64,000 bases of DNA from the NCBI GenBank assembly GCA_963703345.1, contig OY969814.1, forward strand, positions 768,001 to 832,000, given 5' to 3'. The position numbers and the translations under genes are program-made. This document shows positions 52,935 to 63,634 of the stretch, piece by piece. Within the stretch, counting starts at the first letter, position 1. The number at the start of each line of letters is the position of its first letter. The DNA comes from an uncultured Chloroflexia bacterium (GTDB lineage: Bacteria; Chloroflexota; Dehalococcoidia; DSTF01; JALHUB01). Under the pieces are notes generated by a model. That model saw only the letters and a program-made list of their open reading frames with translations, made no database searches and was not told where the DNA came from.

Positions 52935-53705
52935 GTGATACCGCTGAGGGACCAGGAATACCTTCGGGCGCGGTTCGCCCGCGAGCTGACCGGCGCCGTT
53001 CGCATCGACTACTTCACGCAACGTCGATTGCCTGTCTTCATCCCGGGTCGCGAGGAGTGCGCTTACTGCGAGGAGACGCAGACGCTGCTGAAAGAGATCG
53101 CGGCGCTGTCGGAGAAGATTACGCTGAACGTGCACGAGTTCGCGGATTCGACGAAAGAGGCGGCGCGCCTCGGCGTCGACAAAGTGCCCGGGGTCGTCGC
53201 GCGCGGCGCGTTGAATAGGCCGCTGCGCTTCTTCGGCTTCCCCGTCGGCAACGAGCTTGTGCCGCTCATCGAGGGAATCGTCGACGCGTCGCGCGGCAAG
53301 GTAGAGCTCACGCCGGAAACCGTTCGCCACCTGCGGCGGCTCCAACAAACGGTGCGCCTGGAGCTTTTCGTGACACCGGCCTGCCCGCATTGCCCGGAGA
53401 TGACTCGACTGGCCTACAAGCTGGCGCTGGGAAGCGCGCGGGTGAGAGTCGACGTGGTCGAAATCAGCGAATTCCCGCGCCTGGCCCAGCGCTACGGCAT
53501 CCGCGCCGTGCCGACGATCGTTCTCGACGAGCGCGCGGCGCTGGTAGGCGCTATGGACGAGGTGGCGCTTGTCTCGCACATCACGCAGGCGGCGCAGGGG
53601 AAAGCGCTGCGCCCGGCCGGCGGTCCGCCCGGGCCATCGACGTCGCTGGAACAACCGCGACAGGAGGGGACGGCTCATACGGGCAGCGGGCTCATACTAC
53701 CGTGA
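52935..53705 (+). CDS. two-thioredoxin-fold protein disulfide oxidoreductase (AhpF-N/PDO-like)
   Basis: CAYC and CPHC motifs; cis-Pro AVP. Confidence 0.85.
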   Translation: MIPLRDQEYLRARFARELTGAVRIDYFTQRRLPVFIPGREECAYCEETQTLLKEIAALSEKITLNVHEFADSTKEAARLGVDKVPGVVARGALNRPLRFFGFPVGNELVPLIEGIVDASRGKVELTPETVRHLRRLQQTVRLELFVTPACPHCPEMTRLAYKLALGSARVRVDVVEISEFPRLAQRYGIRAVPTIVLDERAALVGAMDEVALVSHITQAAQGKALRPAGGPPGPSTSLEQPRQEGTAHTGSGLILP

Positions 53706-53722
53706 AAGCTGACAGGTGAGTC

Positions 53723-55237
53723 ATGGAAGCGGAGACGACGGGGGCAAAGGTAGGCTGGCGCGCCGACTGGCTCGAACGTGCGCTGGAGTTCGACTTCACG
53801 CGGCCGCTGGCGTTTGCCGCCCTCGCGGTCGTCTACGTCGCCGCTCGCATCCCCTGGATAGGCATTGGCTACGGCGCCGACCCGGATGCCTGGCGCGTCG
53901 CTCTCTCCGCCGACCACCTGCTGTCAAACGCCGAGTACCTGCCGTCGCGGCTGCCCGGCTTCCCGCTGGAGGAGTTCGTCACCGTGCCGCTGGTGCGCGC
54001 CGGCTGGGTCTGGACGAATCTCTCCACCGTCTTCATTTCACTGGCCGGCGTATACCTCTTCGCCCGGCTGCTCGTAGAGCTCAAGCTGCCGGCGCGCGGG
54101 ATACTCACGCCTGCCTTCGCCTTCACGCCGTTGCTCTGGATCAACAGCGTCCTGACCATGGACTACATGTGGTCGCTGGCGTTCATTCTTGCCTGCTACC
54201 TGGCGCTGATCCGTCGCCGGCCGCTGCTCGCCGGGGTTTGCATTGGGCTGGCCATCGGCTTTCGTCTGACGGCGTTCTGGGCCGCGTTCGCCTTCCTGTT
54301 CTGGATCTGGCGCGAACGACGCCCACGCTCGGCAATACCGTTCGTCGGCGCGATGGGAGTTGTGTCGCTCATCGCCTATTCGCCCGTCCTGGCGACCTAC
54401 GGCATCGGGATGTTCAACTTCTACGACGCCAAAGTGTCCCTCCTCGGCGTCCTGAACCTACTGGGCAAAGATGCCCTCGGCCTCCTGGGCGCGATTGCGG
54501 TCATCGGCGGCACGCTGCTGTCCCTGCCGCGGCTGAGGCGCCTACCCGGCGACTTCCTCGCCGACAATCACGTGGCGCTCTGGGTCGTCCTCTCGGTTCT
54601 GGTGTTCGCCTCCTTCACGCGGCTTCCCCACGAAGTCGCCTATCTCATTCCGCTGTACCCCTTCGGCTTCTTCCTCATGGCGCGTTACTTCCGGCTGCCT
54701 GTCCTGTCTGTCGTGCTGGCGCTGGTGGTGCTGGCCGGCTTCGTCGACATAACATCGCCGGGAAACGACGAGATCAACGGGCAGAAGTTCACCAACGCCC
54801 AGATAGGCGCCGGCATGGTGCTCTCCGACCTGGAAACTATGAAGAGCCAGCGCGCCTTCGCCACCGACCTCGCCGCCGTCGACATCCCGCCCCATTCCGT
54901 CGTCTTCATCGGCACCATCTTCCCGCAGTTCGCCATGCGCAACAGAGACCGCCTGGAGCTGGGCATCCTGGAGCGCGACCACAGCGCGATAAGCATGCTG
55001 ACGGACCGCGGCGAGGCCGTCGACACGGCGAAAGATGTCCGCTACGTCTGGCTGCTGAAGTACGACACGTTTGAAGCGTTCCGCCAGCAGGGGTACCAGT
55101 TCTTCTACGTGCACGACGCCGAAGGGGGAAACGCCGTCGTCTTCCACTTCAGGCCGGCCTACTTCGGCGCGACTGAGGTCCTGAAGGGCAGGACGCCGGT
55201 GGGCGAGGCCAAAGGCACGGCTTCGACGAACCGCTGA
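53723..55237 (+). CDS. polytopic membrane protein, possible GT-C glycosyltransferase
   Basis: About 10 TM helices; acidic DPD in the first loop; soluble C-terminal domain. Confidence 0.6.
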   Translation: MEAETTGAKVGWRADWLERALEFDFTRPLAFAALAVVYVAARIPWIGIGYGADPDAWRVALSADHLLSNAEYLPSRLPGFPLEEFVTVPLVRAGWVWTNLSTVFISLAGVYLFARLLVELKLPARGILTPAFAFTPLLWINSVLTMDYMWSLAFILACYLALIRRRPLLAGVCIGLAIGFRLTAFWAAFAFLFWIWRERRPRSAIPFVGAMGVVSLIAYSPVLATYGIGMFNFYDAKVSLLGVLNLLGKDALGLLGAIAVIGGTLLSLPRLRRLPGDFLADNHVALWVVLSVLVFASFTRLPHEVAYLIPLYPFGFFLMARYFRLPVLSVVLALVVLAGFVDITSPGNDEINGQKFTNAQIGAGMVLSDLETMKSQRAFATDLAAVDIPPHSVVFIGTIFPQFAMRNRDRLELGILERDHSAISMLTDRGEAVDTAKDVRYVWLLKYDTFEAFRQQGYQFFYVHDAEGGNAVVFHFRPAYFGATEVLKGRTPVGEAKGTASTNR

Positions 55238-55243
55238 GGCCGC

Positions 55244-56527
55244 CTATCGCCGCCGTCGCCTTCCTCTCATGACGACGCCGGCGCAAACGATTAGCGCTGC
55301 CAGCGCCACCAGTCCGGCCGTCGCTGCCGGCGGGAGGCTGCTGCTGCTGCTCGACTGTCCGCCGTTGCTGTTCGACTGCGGCTGTCCGGTCGGCTGAGCC
55401 TGCTGCTCTCCCGACTGCTTCGGCGGCAGGCCGACGCTCTCCCGCCAGGCGCTCTCGAATCCCGCCTGGTCGAACCCATAGATCTTCTGGAGGGCCGCGT
55501 CAACGGTGCTGCCCGCCTTGAACGTGGCGAGCAACTGGCCGAACTTGTCCGCGCCAAAGTGGTCGATCAGGTATGAGACCAGGCTCCAGGATTCGCCGTA
55601 GAAAACGCTCACCTTCGAGCTGCTGAGCGCCGTGCTAAATGAGCTGATGCTTCCCAGCGAAAGGACGTCGTTGGCAGCGATGGCGTCCTGGAGGGCGCGG
55701 CTCTCATCCGCGTCCGGCTTCGATTGCGCGTAGACGGCAGTGCCCTCGTTTAGCCAGGCGGGCAGGTCGCCGAAAGGCCCCTTCACGGCCTGGCCTACGA
55801 CGATGTGGGCCAACTCGTGGCGAAGGACGTCCTCCGGCTCCTGGTCCAGCGCGACGACGGCCGTGTCGGAGGAAGAGACCTCGCCCAGCGTTATTAGCCC
55901 CTCTCCCGGCGCGTTACGATTCGAGAAGGCGGCCGGGCCCATCTCCTGCGCGGTGTCGTAAAGGTAGACCTTGACCGGGAAGCTCACGGTCGTCGCGGTG
56001 AGCTGCTCCATGCGCTGCAGCCCTTGCGTGCCGACTTGCAGCAGGGAGCGTACGTCGGACTCGCCGGCGCCGTAGTACCAGAGCGTGAGGTTGCCGTCGG
56101 TCATACTTTTCCACTGGTAGCGGGTGTCGTCGTAGACGAAGGTGGCCTGCGGAGTATCGATCTTGCTGCCGGAGCCATCGTCGATCTCCCAGTAGTAGGC
56201 GACATCGGTGCCGGGCGCGAGAAACAGCTTCGAGCCACTCTTCAGGTCGAAGGTGCAGGTGATAGCAGAGGTTCCGGAGCATGTGGGCTCCTCGTAGACG
56301 GGGGCGCCCTCAGGGGCGATCGTGTAGTGGAACGTGATCTTGGCGTTGGCCGCCGCCGGTCCGTGGAATGACAGGGAAAAGGTGGCGCCATCCGGGAAGT
56401 TGTTCTTCGCCTCGTTGGAATCGACGACGACGCCGCTAAAGGCGGAGACGGTTAGGGGAGACACGGCGGCCCAGACGGCTGGCAGGACCAGCGCGATCGC
56501 CAGAAAGACGACGACAATTCGCTTCAA
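55244..56527 (-). CDS. secreted, C-terminally anchored clan MA metallopeptidase
   Basis: Signal peptide; HELAH...WLNEG; C-terminal TM followed by poly-Arg. Confidence 0.85.
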   Translation of the reverse strand: MKRIVVVFLAIALVLPAVWAAVSPLTVSAFSGVVVDSNEAKNNFPDGATFSLSFHGPAAANAKITFHYTIAPEGAPVYEEPTCSGTSAITCTFDLKSGSKLFLAPGTDVAYYWEIDDGSGSKIDTPQATFVYDDTRYQWKSMTDGNLTLWYYGAGESDVRSLLQVGTQGLQRMEQLTATTVSFPVKVYLYDTAQEMGPAAFSNRNAPGEGLITLGEVSSSDTAVVALDQEPEDVLRHELAHIVVGQAVKGPFGDLPAWLNEGTAVYAQSKPDADESRALQDAIAANDVLSLGSISSFSTALSSSKVSVFYGESWSLVSYLIDHFGADKFGQLLATFKAGSTVDAALQKIYGFDQAGFESAWRESVGLPPKQSGEQQAQPTGQPQSNSNGGQSSSSSSLPPAATAGLVALAALIVCAGVVMRGRRRRR

Positions 56528-57625
56528 TGCCCGTCTCCTCCCATCGTCATCTTCAGGTAGGCCTCCATGAACGAGTCCAGCTCGCCGTCGAGCACGGCGT
56601 CGGGGTCGCTCGACTCAAAGCTCGTGCGATGGTCTTTCACCATCTTGTAGGGATGCAGGACGTAGCTTCGGATCTGGTTGCCCCAGCCGGCGCTCACGTG
56701 CTGTCCTTTGATGCGAGACTGTTCCTCCGCCTGGCGGTCGAGCTCCCTCTCCAGCAGCCGCGCCTCCAGCACGCGCATGGCGGACTCGCGGTTGCGATGC
56801 TGCGAGCGCTCGTTCTGGCAGCTTGCGACGATGCCGGTCGGCAGGTGGGTGATGCGAACGGCGGTCGCGTTCTTCTGAACGTTCTGGCCGCCGTGACCGC
56901 TGGAGCGAAAGACGTCGATCCGAAGGTCCTCCGGATTGACGGCGATGTCAGCGGCGCTTTCCGCCTCCGGCATCACTTCGACGAGGGCGAAGGAGGTGTG
57001 ACGGGCGTGGTCGGCATCGAACGGCGACAGACGAACGAGGCGGTGAACGCCGCGCTCGCTGCGCAGGCGACCGAAGGCGTAGCGGCCGTTGATCTCCAGG
57101 GTCGCGCTCTTGATGCCGGCTTCGTCGCCCGGCATGACATCGAGGAGGTCGGTCTGGTAGCCGCGGCGCTCCGCCCAGCGCAGGTACATGCGCAGCAGCA
57201 TCTCCGCCCAGTCCTGCGATTCAGTTCCGCCCGCGCCGGCGTGAATAGCGACGATGGCATTGCGACGGTCGTAGGGGCCGGAAAAAGAGAGCTCAAACTC
57301 CAGCCCGTCGAGGCGCCGGCTCAGGGCCTGCGCTTCGCTCTCCACCTCCGCCGCCATCGCTTCGTCGTCCCGCGCCAGCCCGGCCAGCTCACGCAGATCG
57401 CGGGCGGCGCGCTCTATTTGGCGCCACGTCGATACCGTCTCGTTTGCCTGGGACAGCCGCCGCATCGATTCCTGCGCCGCCGTCGGATCGTCCCAGAAGC
57501 CGGGCCGCGCCGATTCCTCTTCGAGCCGCCGTATCTCCTTCTCGAGCGTGGCTACGTCAAAGACGCACCATTACATGGCTGATGCGTCTATCGATGTCGC
57601 CGAACCTCTCGTCGGTTTCCTGCAT
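56524..57625 (-). CDS. prfB: peptide chain release factor 2 with programmed +1 frameshift
   Basis: MQETDERFGDIDRRISHVMVRL then CTT-TGA-C at 57562-57556; the +1 frame continues DVATLEKE...FWDD...SPF...GGQ. Confidence 0.95.
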
Positions 57626-57808
57626 CCTCGTGACCCCAATCCGGAGCGTCGCTACTCCTCAGGACCTCGCGAGCCCGCAGATACGTTATCGGACGCCGGC
57701 CCCGCGCGGCCTACGTCCAATTATAGTGGCTGCTTTCGCGGGGCGGCAAACGAGGCGTTGGCAGGCTTTGCTGTGCTATCATGACGGTGGGCAATCAGCG
57801 TGTTTTCC

Positions 57809-58216
57809 ATGAAGCGGTCTCTTCTCCTCGTCTCGTTCGGCGCCTTTCTGGCCCTGGCGGCTATCGGCTGCGGCATCGGCAGCGACCCCAAGCACCAGGA
57901 GCCGCTGGCCGCGATGCATGTCATCGGGACGCCGGCGGCGGGCCAGGTGCTACAGGTTGAGCTGGACTACCGGCAGACTTACTCGGTGGACGTGGACGTG
58001 GAGTGCGACCTGAAGCAGAACGGCGAGGTGGTGCAAAAGATAGGATCGGGCACGGTGCCGGCGCTGCCCGGGGCCCGGCCGGACGGCACGCCGATGCCGG
58101 GCAAGCTCGTGTTTCCCTTCACGGTGGTGAAGGCCGGCGACTACCAGGTTGCCTGTTTCACGACGGCCGACGTGGAAAACAAGCTGAAAGCCTCCCTTAC
58201 GGTCAACGGCCGGTAG
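57809..58216 (+). CDS. hypothetical lipoprotein
   Basis: MKR + hydrophobic stretch + AIGC lipobox. Confidence 0.7.
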   Translation: MKRSLLLVSFGAFLALAAIGCGIGSDPKHQEPLAAMHVIGTPAAGQVLQVELDYRQTYSVDVDVECDLKQNGEVVQKIGSGTVPALPGARPDGTPMPGKLVFPFTVVKAGDYQVACFTTADVENKLKASLTVNGR

Positions 58217-58223
58217 GTCGCGC

Positions 58224-58532
58224 TCAGGCCGCCCGCCGGCGTCTGCCCGCCTGGTCACGGCGGACGAACTTGAAGAACCGACTCTCACTGCCGGCGCGGG
58301 TCTGCTCCTGGTAGACGAATGCCAGGTTCTTCTCGTCGAACTTGCGGAAGAACTCGTCCCAGGAGATCTCCTGCAGCGATCCCTCTGCGCCGTAGCTCGG
58401 GAAGTTAATCCGGAGAAGGCCGGCGTCGTTCCTGCCGGCGGTCCGCGCCACCGAGGCCGGCCGTCCGCCGCGCTCTTCGGCCCATTTCCTGATGACCTGA
58501 TGATCGGTTGTCGTCTTGGTCTCGCCTGCCAT
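58224..58532 (-). CDS. conserved small hypothetical protein
   Basis: AAAGGAGG RBS; TTTDH..IR.WAEERGG.PA...LRI.F...ISWDEFF.KF pattern. Confidence 0.8.
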   Translation of the reverse strand: MAGETKTTTDHQVIRKWAEERGGRPASVARTAGRNDAGLLRINFPSYGAEGSLQEISWDEFFRKFDEKNLAFVYQEQTRAGSESRFFKFVRRDQAGRRRRAA

Positions 58533-58647
58533 CAGCTCGCCTCCTTTCGACCACTAAGTTGATCCTTCAACACGAGTGTCGGGAAGTCATTGACCGCGGG
58601 TCAAGGGTTGGCCGACCGGGCTGTTGGGAGGGAGGTGGGCGACAGTC

Positions 58648-58893
58648 CTATCGCCGGTCGTGGGGACGTTTCGGATTGACTATCGGATCGAGGATTGCGG
58701 TGGCTTTGTCGAAGTCCTTCTCCTGCACCATCACCCAACAATCGTTGGGCACGCCCGGCCCGAAGACTATGCCGACGTAGTTGCCCGCGCCGCCCAGCTT
58801 CGGGACGGCAGGCACGCCTTCATTCTGGAGGAGCTCACACCACATGGCCGCCTCGGTCTCGTCCGGGGCCATGACAACGCCTACCCAGCTCAC
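58648..58893 (-). CDS. DUF2007-like small protein
   Basis: APDETEAAMWCELLQNEGVP...VMVQEKDFDKA. Confidence 0.7.
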   Translation of the reverse strand: MSWVGVVMAPDETEAAMWCELLQNEGVPAVPKLGGAGNYVGIVFGPGVPNDCWVMVQEKDFDKATAILDPIVNPKRPHDRR

Positions 58894-58989
58894 GTTCGCC
58901 TCAAATACTCCTGACGACGAATCTTATAGGAAAGGGAAGTGGGCAGCAAGAGCGCTGCCCACTTCGCGGTTCTCGACTGTTTCGGGCTC

Positions 58990-59910
58990 TTATTCCTTCG
59001 GAGGCTGCGCGGGCCACTCGTTCATGAGGCCCTTCGTCACCTTCTCGGGGATTATCTTGGAGATGCTGTCGACCGTCCAGTTCTCGGTGTTCTCGACGGA
59101 GGCGATGATCTCCGGCTCCGAGTAGAGGCCGATGAAGCCGTAGCGCACCAGGAAGTTGCGGCCGTTGACGTTCGCCGCTTCGTCGGTGCACAGCCAGGCG
59201 ACCATCGGGCCAACCTGCTCCGGCACCTGCTTCTCCATCTCGGCCAGCGCCTTCATGCCCGCCTCACCGGCCCGCTCGAAGCGAGCGCGCATGTCCGGGC
59301 TCATGGTCATTCGGGTGGCTGCCTGCGGTCGGATGGCGTTGCAGCGGACGCCGTAGCGTCCCATCTCGCGGGCCAGTGTGCGGGTGAAGCCGACGATGCC
59401 TTCTTTGGCGGCAGCGTAGTTGGCCTGGCCCGGGTTGCCCAGGCCGGAGGTGGAGGCGGTGTTGATGATGACGCCGCCCTTGCGCTCCTGTCGGAAGTAG
59501 GCGCAGGCAGGCTTAGCGACGTTGTAGTGGCCGCGCAGGTGGACGGCGATGACGGCGTCCCAGTCCTCGGGCGCCATGTTGAAGATCATGCGGTCGCGGA
59601 GGATGCCGGCGTTGTTGATGACGATGTCCAGCCGGCCCCAGTTGTCGAGCGCCAGCTTGACGAGCTTCTCGCCGGTCTCCGTCTCGACGATGTTGTCGTG
59701 GTTCGCGACGGCCTGACAGCCCATCGCCTTGATCTCCTGGACGACCTGCTCGGCGGGAGTCGCGTTGCTGCCGCTACCGTCAACCGACGCTCCTACGTCA
59801 TTGATGACGACGTTCGCGCCTTCAGATGCCAGGGCCAGCGCCTCGCCGCGGCCGATTCCACCGCCGGCACCCGTGACGATCGCTACCCTACCCTTTAGTC
59901 TGTCAGCCAT
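58990..59910 (-). CDS. short-chain dehydrogenase/reductase (3-hydroxyacyl-CoA dehydrogenase-like)
   Basis: TGAGGGIG, NNAGILRD and YAAAK motifs; GAGGAG RBS. Confidence 0.92.
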   Translation of the reverse strand: MADRLKGRVAIVTGAGGGIGRGEALALASEGANVVINDVGASVDGSGSNATPAEQVVQEIKAMGCQAVANHDNIVETETGEKLVKLALDNWGRLDIVINNAGILRDRMIFNMAPEDWDAVIAVHLRGHYNVAKPACAYFRQERKGGVIINTASTSGLGNPGQANYAAAKEGIVGFTRTLAREMGRYGVRCNAIRPQAATRMTMSPDMRARFERAGEAGMKALAEMEKQVPEQVGPMVAWLCTDEAANVNGRNFLVRYGFIGLYSEPEIIASVENTENWTVDSISKIIPEKVTKGLMNEWPAQPPKE

Positions 59911-60007
59911 GTAATTCCTCCTCTGAATTAGAGTTTTGTTCCTTCCTTCACGCAAGCAGCTTTATAACCGATACCCCGTTTCGACGCAAGTGCGACTCGG
60001 GGTAGAG

Positions 60008-63000
60008 TTACCTTTCGTATCCGCCGGGCGAAGCTTCGACGGTGGCGAGCGTTTCCGCGGCGGCGCTGAGCCGGACTTCGCCGCAATCGCCGAAGAGAAC
60101 GGCAAGCCGACCGCACAGCTCCTCACAGGCTCGGGCGCGCGGCAGCGCCAGCTCTACCTGCTGGTCGTCGCGAGTGTACACGATGAGACGCACCTCGTCG
60201 CCGCCGGGGAAGTCGCCGAGAGCGGTTATCAAGCCGGACAGCCGCTGCCGGTCCTCCTCCTCATCCTGAGTCTCCTTCAGAGCGATGAGCACTCGACGAG
60301 GAGGGCGTTCCGCCCCCTCGACGGCGTTTCTTCGCCCCGACGGCGCCGTCCTGGCGCTGGCCGCCGGCCGGTCGCGCCGAATCCATTCGGGGATGGCGAA
60401 CGGCTCCGCGGTCGGGCCGCCGGTCTGGTAGATCGCGACGTGCTGGGTGCTGACCTGCAGCCGGTCGCCGCGCTCACGGATGCGCGCCAGGAGGATGAGG
60501 ATGTTGCCTTCTGCCCAAAGGTCGCGGGTCTGGTCATAGAGGTCGGGCCAGACGGTAACTTCGACGCTTCCCGAGAGGTCTTCGATGGTCGCGGCACAGA
60601 AGGTCTTGCCGTCTTTGGTGAGGAGGTTGCGCGTCGAGGCGACCATGCCCGCCAGCACGACGTCGCGACCCGCGAGCTCGAGCGTCACCTCGTTGCAGAC
60701 GGCGGTGATGTGCTGCGAGAGCGTCGCGGCGGCCCCGGCGAAGGGGTGCTCCGAGACGTAGACGCCGAGCATCTCTTTCTCCCAGGCGAGCATCTCGGCG
60801 CGCGGCGCCTCCGCCGGCTCCAGCTCCAGGCCGGGCAGGGGTGCGCTGACGCTCTGGCCGAAGAGGTCGAACATCGTCGTCTGACCGGAGTCGCGCATCC
60901 GCTGCTCGCGCTGGGCCAGCGAGAGGATGCGGTCGAGGTTTGCAAGCAGCGTGCCGCGGTCGCCCAGGCTGTCAAGCGCTCCCGCCTTTGTCATGCTTTC
61001 CAGCGCCCGCTTGTTGAGGTTGCGCAGGCCGGCGCGACGGCTCAGGTCTTCGACGGATGCGAAGGGCCCGCCCTCCTCGCGGGCGGCGATAAGCCCTTCG
61101 ACGGCGCCGGTCCCTACGTTCTTGATGACCGCTAGCCCGAAGCGGATGGCGGGGCGCCCGTCGTCGAGGCGCTCGATCTGGAAGTTGACGCCGCTGTGGT
61201 TGATGTCCGGCGGCAGGACGGCGATCCCCAGCTTGGCGCACTCCGCCACGGCGGCGGCGATGCGCTCCTGGGCGCCGGCGGGATGGCTCGAGGCGAGCCG
61301 GAGGACGGCTGTCAGGTACTCGGCCGGGTAATTCGCCTTCAGATAGGCGGTCTGGTAGGCGATGGTGGCATAGGAGACGGCATGCGCTTTGTTGAAGGCG
61401 TAGCCCGCAAAGGGCTCGATGAGGTCGAACACCTGCTGCGCGTCCGCTTCGCCGTAGCCGCGCTCGACGGCGCCGGCGATGAAGCGCTCCTTCTCCGCGC
61501 GCATGACGGTGGCGATCTTCTTTCCCATCGCCTTGCGCATGATGTCCGCCTCGCCGAGTGTGTAGCCGGCGAACTTCTGGGCGATGAGCAGCACCTGGTC
61601 CTGGTAGACGATCACGCCGTACGTCTCGTCGAGAATGTCCGCCAGGTCGGGATGCGGGTGCTGGATGCGGGCGCGACCGCGCTTGGCGGCGCAGAAGGTG
61701 GGGATGTGCTGCATAGGGCCGGGACGGTATAGGGCGACCATGGCGGCCAGGTCGGCGATTGAAGCGGGGCGCAGCTCCTGGATGTAGCGGCGCATTCCCG
61801 GGCTCTCAAGCTGGAAGACGCCGAACGTCTCGCCCTGCGAAAGCATCTCATACGTCTTCGCGTCGTCGTCCGGCAGGGCCTTGATGTCGAGGTCGACGCC
61901 GCGGGAGTCGCGGACGATCTCGACGGCCTGGTCGAGGATCGTCAGGTTGACCAGGCCGAGGAAGTCCATCTTCAGGAGGCCGATCTCCGCGACCTGCTCC
62001 ATCGCGAACTGGGTCATCGGGATGGCGCTCTCTTCGCCGTTGGCCGCTTCGCCGGCGCGGGTGCCGCGACTGGGCCGCTGCAGCGGTAGGTGCTCGACCA
62101 GCGGCTGGCCGGAGATGACGACGCCGGCGGCATGGGTGCTGGCGTGCCGGGCGATCCCCTCCAGCTTCTGCGCCGTGTCGACGAGGCGCCGCACCTGGTC
62201 ATCGAGGTCGTACACGCTGCGCAACTCGATGCTTTCCGATAGGGCGCGCTCGATGGTCATGTGCAGGGCGTTGGGGATGAGGCGGGCGACGCGGTCGACT
62301 TCGGCGTAGGTCATGCCGAGCGCCCGCCCGACGTCGCGGATCGCCGCCTTCGCGCCCATCGTGCCGAAGGTGATGATCTGCGCCACGTGGTCGTAGCCGT
62401 ACTTCTCGGCGACGTAGCGGATCACCTCGTCGCGGCGGTCGTCGGCGAAATCCATGTCGATATCGGGCATCTCGCGCCGCTCGACGTTGAGGAAGCGCTC
62501 GAAGACGAGACGATATGCGAGCGGGTCGATGTCGGTGATGCCGAGGCAGTAGAGGATGATGCTGGCGGCGGCGCTGCCGCGGACGCCCATGGCGATGCCC
62601 TGGCCGCGGGCGAAGAGGGCGAAGTCGCGCACAACGAGCATGTAGTTGGCGAAGCCGGTCTCGCGGACCACCGACAGCTCGTAGTCCAGGCGGCGGCGCG
62701 GCTCCTCGGCGTCGGGCGGGTAGCGCCGTACGAGGCCCTCGCGGCAGAGCTCCGCCAGGTAATCGTCCGCCGACAGGCCGGGCGGGACCTCCGCCTGTGG
62801 CAGGTGCAGGTCTCCGAAACGGAGGTCGAGGTCGCACATCTCGGCGATGCGGGCGCTGTTGTCGATGGCGTCCGGCGTTTCCGGGAAGAGGTCGCGCATC
62901 TCCTGCTCCGACTTCAGGTAATAGGAGTCATCGGGCATGCGGATGCGCTTCTCGTCGAGCAGCGAGGAGTTGGTGCCGATGCAGAGGAGGATGTCCTGCG

Positions 63001-63634
63001 TCGCGGCGTCGGTCTGGTTCACGTAGTGGACATCGTTCGTCGCGACCAGCGGGATGCCGGTCTCGCGGGACATCTTCACTAGCTGCCGGTTGACCTCGGT
63101 GAGCTCCGGCATGCTGTGCTCCTGCAGCTCGAGGTAGTAGTGATCGAACGTCTCCTGGTGCCAGCGCGCCGCCTGCACAGCTTCGTCGTAACGGCCGCTT
63201 AGGAGCAGGTCGCTGAGGAGGCCGGCGCGGCAGCCCGACAGGGCGATCAGCCCTTCGGAGTGCTCGCGCAGGAGCTCGCGGTCCATGCGCGGCTTGTAGT
63301 AGTAGCCCTCCAGGTTCGCGCGGGTGACGAGCGTCAGGAGGTTGCGATAGCCTGCCATGTTGCGGCAGAGCAGCGTCAGGTGGCGCGATTGCTTGTCCTT
63401 CGGCTCGCGGCTAAGGCGCGAATCCGGCGCCACGTACGCTTCGACACCGATGATTGGCTTGACGCCTTGAGATAGGGCCTCCTTATAGAAGTCGATGGCG
63501 GCGTAGAGGTTGCCGTGGTCGGTGAGGGCGATGGCGTCCTGACCGAGCTCGCGGGCGCGTCGCGTCAGGTCGGTCACGCGGGCGAGGCCGTCGAGCAGGC
63601 TGAACTCCGTGTGGACGTGCAGGTGGGAGAACAT
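60008..63634 (-). CDS. dnaE: DNA polymerase III alpha subunit
   Basis: HLHVHTEFSLLDG, RGSAA, PDIDMDF, KMDFLGL and YAFNKAHA; alternative start at 63649. Confidence 0.96.
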   Translation of the reverse strand: MFSHLHVHTEFSLLDGLARVTDLTRRARELGQDAIALTDHGNLYAAIDFYKEALSQGVKPIIGVEAYVAPDSRLSREPKDKQSRHLTLLCRNMAGYRNLLTLVTRANLEGYYYKPRMDRELLREHSEGLIALSGCRAGLLSDLLLSGRYDEAVQAARWHQETFDHYYLELQEHSMPELTEVNRQLVKMSRETGIPLVATNDVHYVNQTDAATQDILLCIGTNSSLLDEKRIRMPDDSYYLKSEQEMRDLFPETPDAIDNSARIAEMCDLDLRFGDLHLPQAEVPPGLSADDYLAELCREGLVRRYPPDAEEPRRRLDYELSVVRETGFANYMLVVRDFALFARGQGIAMGVRGSAAASIILYCLGITDIDPLAYRLVFERFLNVERREMPDIDMDFADDRRDEVIRYVAEKYGYDHVAQIITFGTMGAKAAIRDVGRALGMTYAEVDRVARLIPNALHMTIERALSESIELRSVYDLDDQVRRLVDTAQKLEGIARHASTHAAGVVISGQPLVEHLPLQRPSRGTRAGEAANGEESAIPMTQFAMEQVAEIGLLKMDFLGLVNLTILDQAVEIVRDSRGVDLDIKALPDDDAKTYEMLSQGETFGVFQLESPGMRRYIQELRPASIADLAAMVALYRPGPMQHIPTFCAAKRGRARIQHPHPDLADILDETYGVIVYQDQVLLIAQKFAGYTLGEADIMRKAMGKKIATVMRAEKERFIAGAVERGYGEADAQQVFDLIEPFAGYAFNKAHAVSYATIAYQTAYLKANYPAEYLTAVLRLASSHPAGAQERIAAAVAECAKLGIAVLPPDINHSGVNFQIERLDDGRPAIRFGLAVIKNVGTGAVEGLIAAREEGGPFASVEDLSRRAGLRNLNKRALESMTKAGALDSLGDRGTLLANLDRILSLAQREQRMRDSGQTTMFDLFGQSVSAPLPGLELEPAEAPRAEMLAWEKEMLGVYVSEHPFAGAAATLSQHITAVCNEVTLELAGRDVVLAGMVASTRNLLTKDGKTFCAATIEDLSGSVEVTVWPDLYDQTRDLWAEGNILILLARIRERGDRLQVSTQHVAIYQTGGPTAEPFAIPEWIRRDRPAASARTAPSGRRNAVEGAERPPRRVLIALKETQDEEEDRQRLSGLITALGDFPGGDEVRLIVYTRDDQQVELALPRARACEELCGRLAVLFGDCGEVRLSAAAETLATVEASPGGYER

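Noticed and set aside
52935-53705. Possible additional selenoprotein
   Set aside because: Both CxxC motifs use Cys codons and there is no in-frame TGA.
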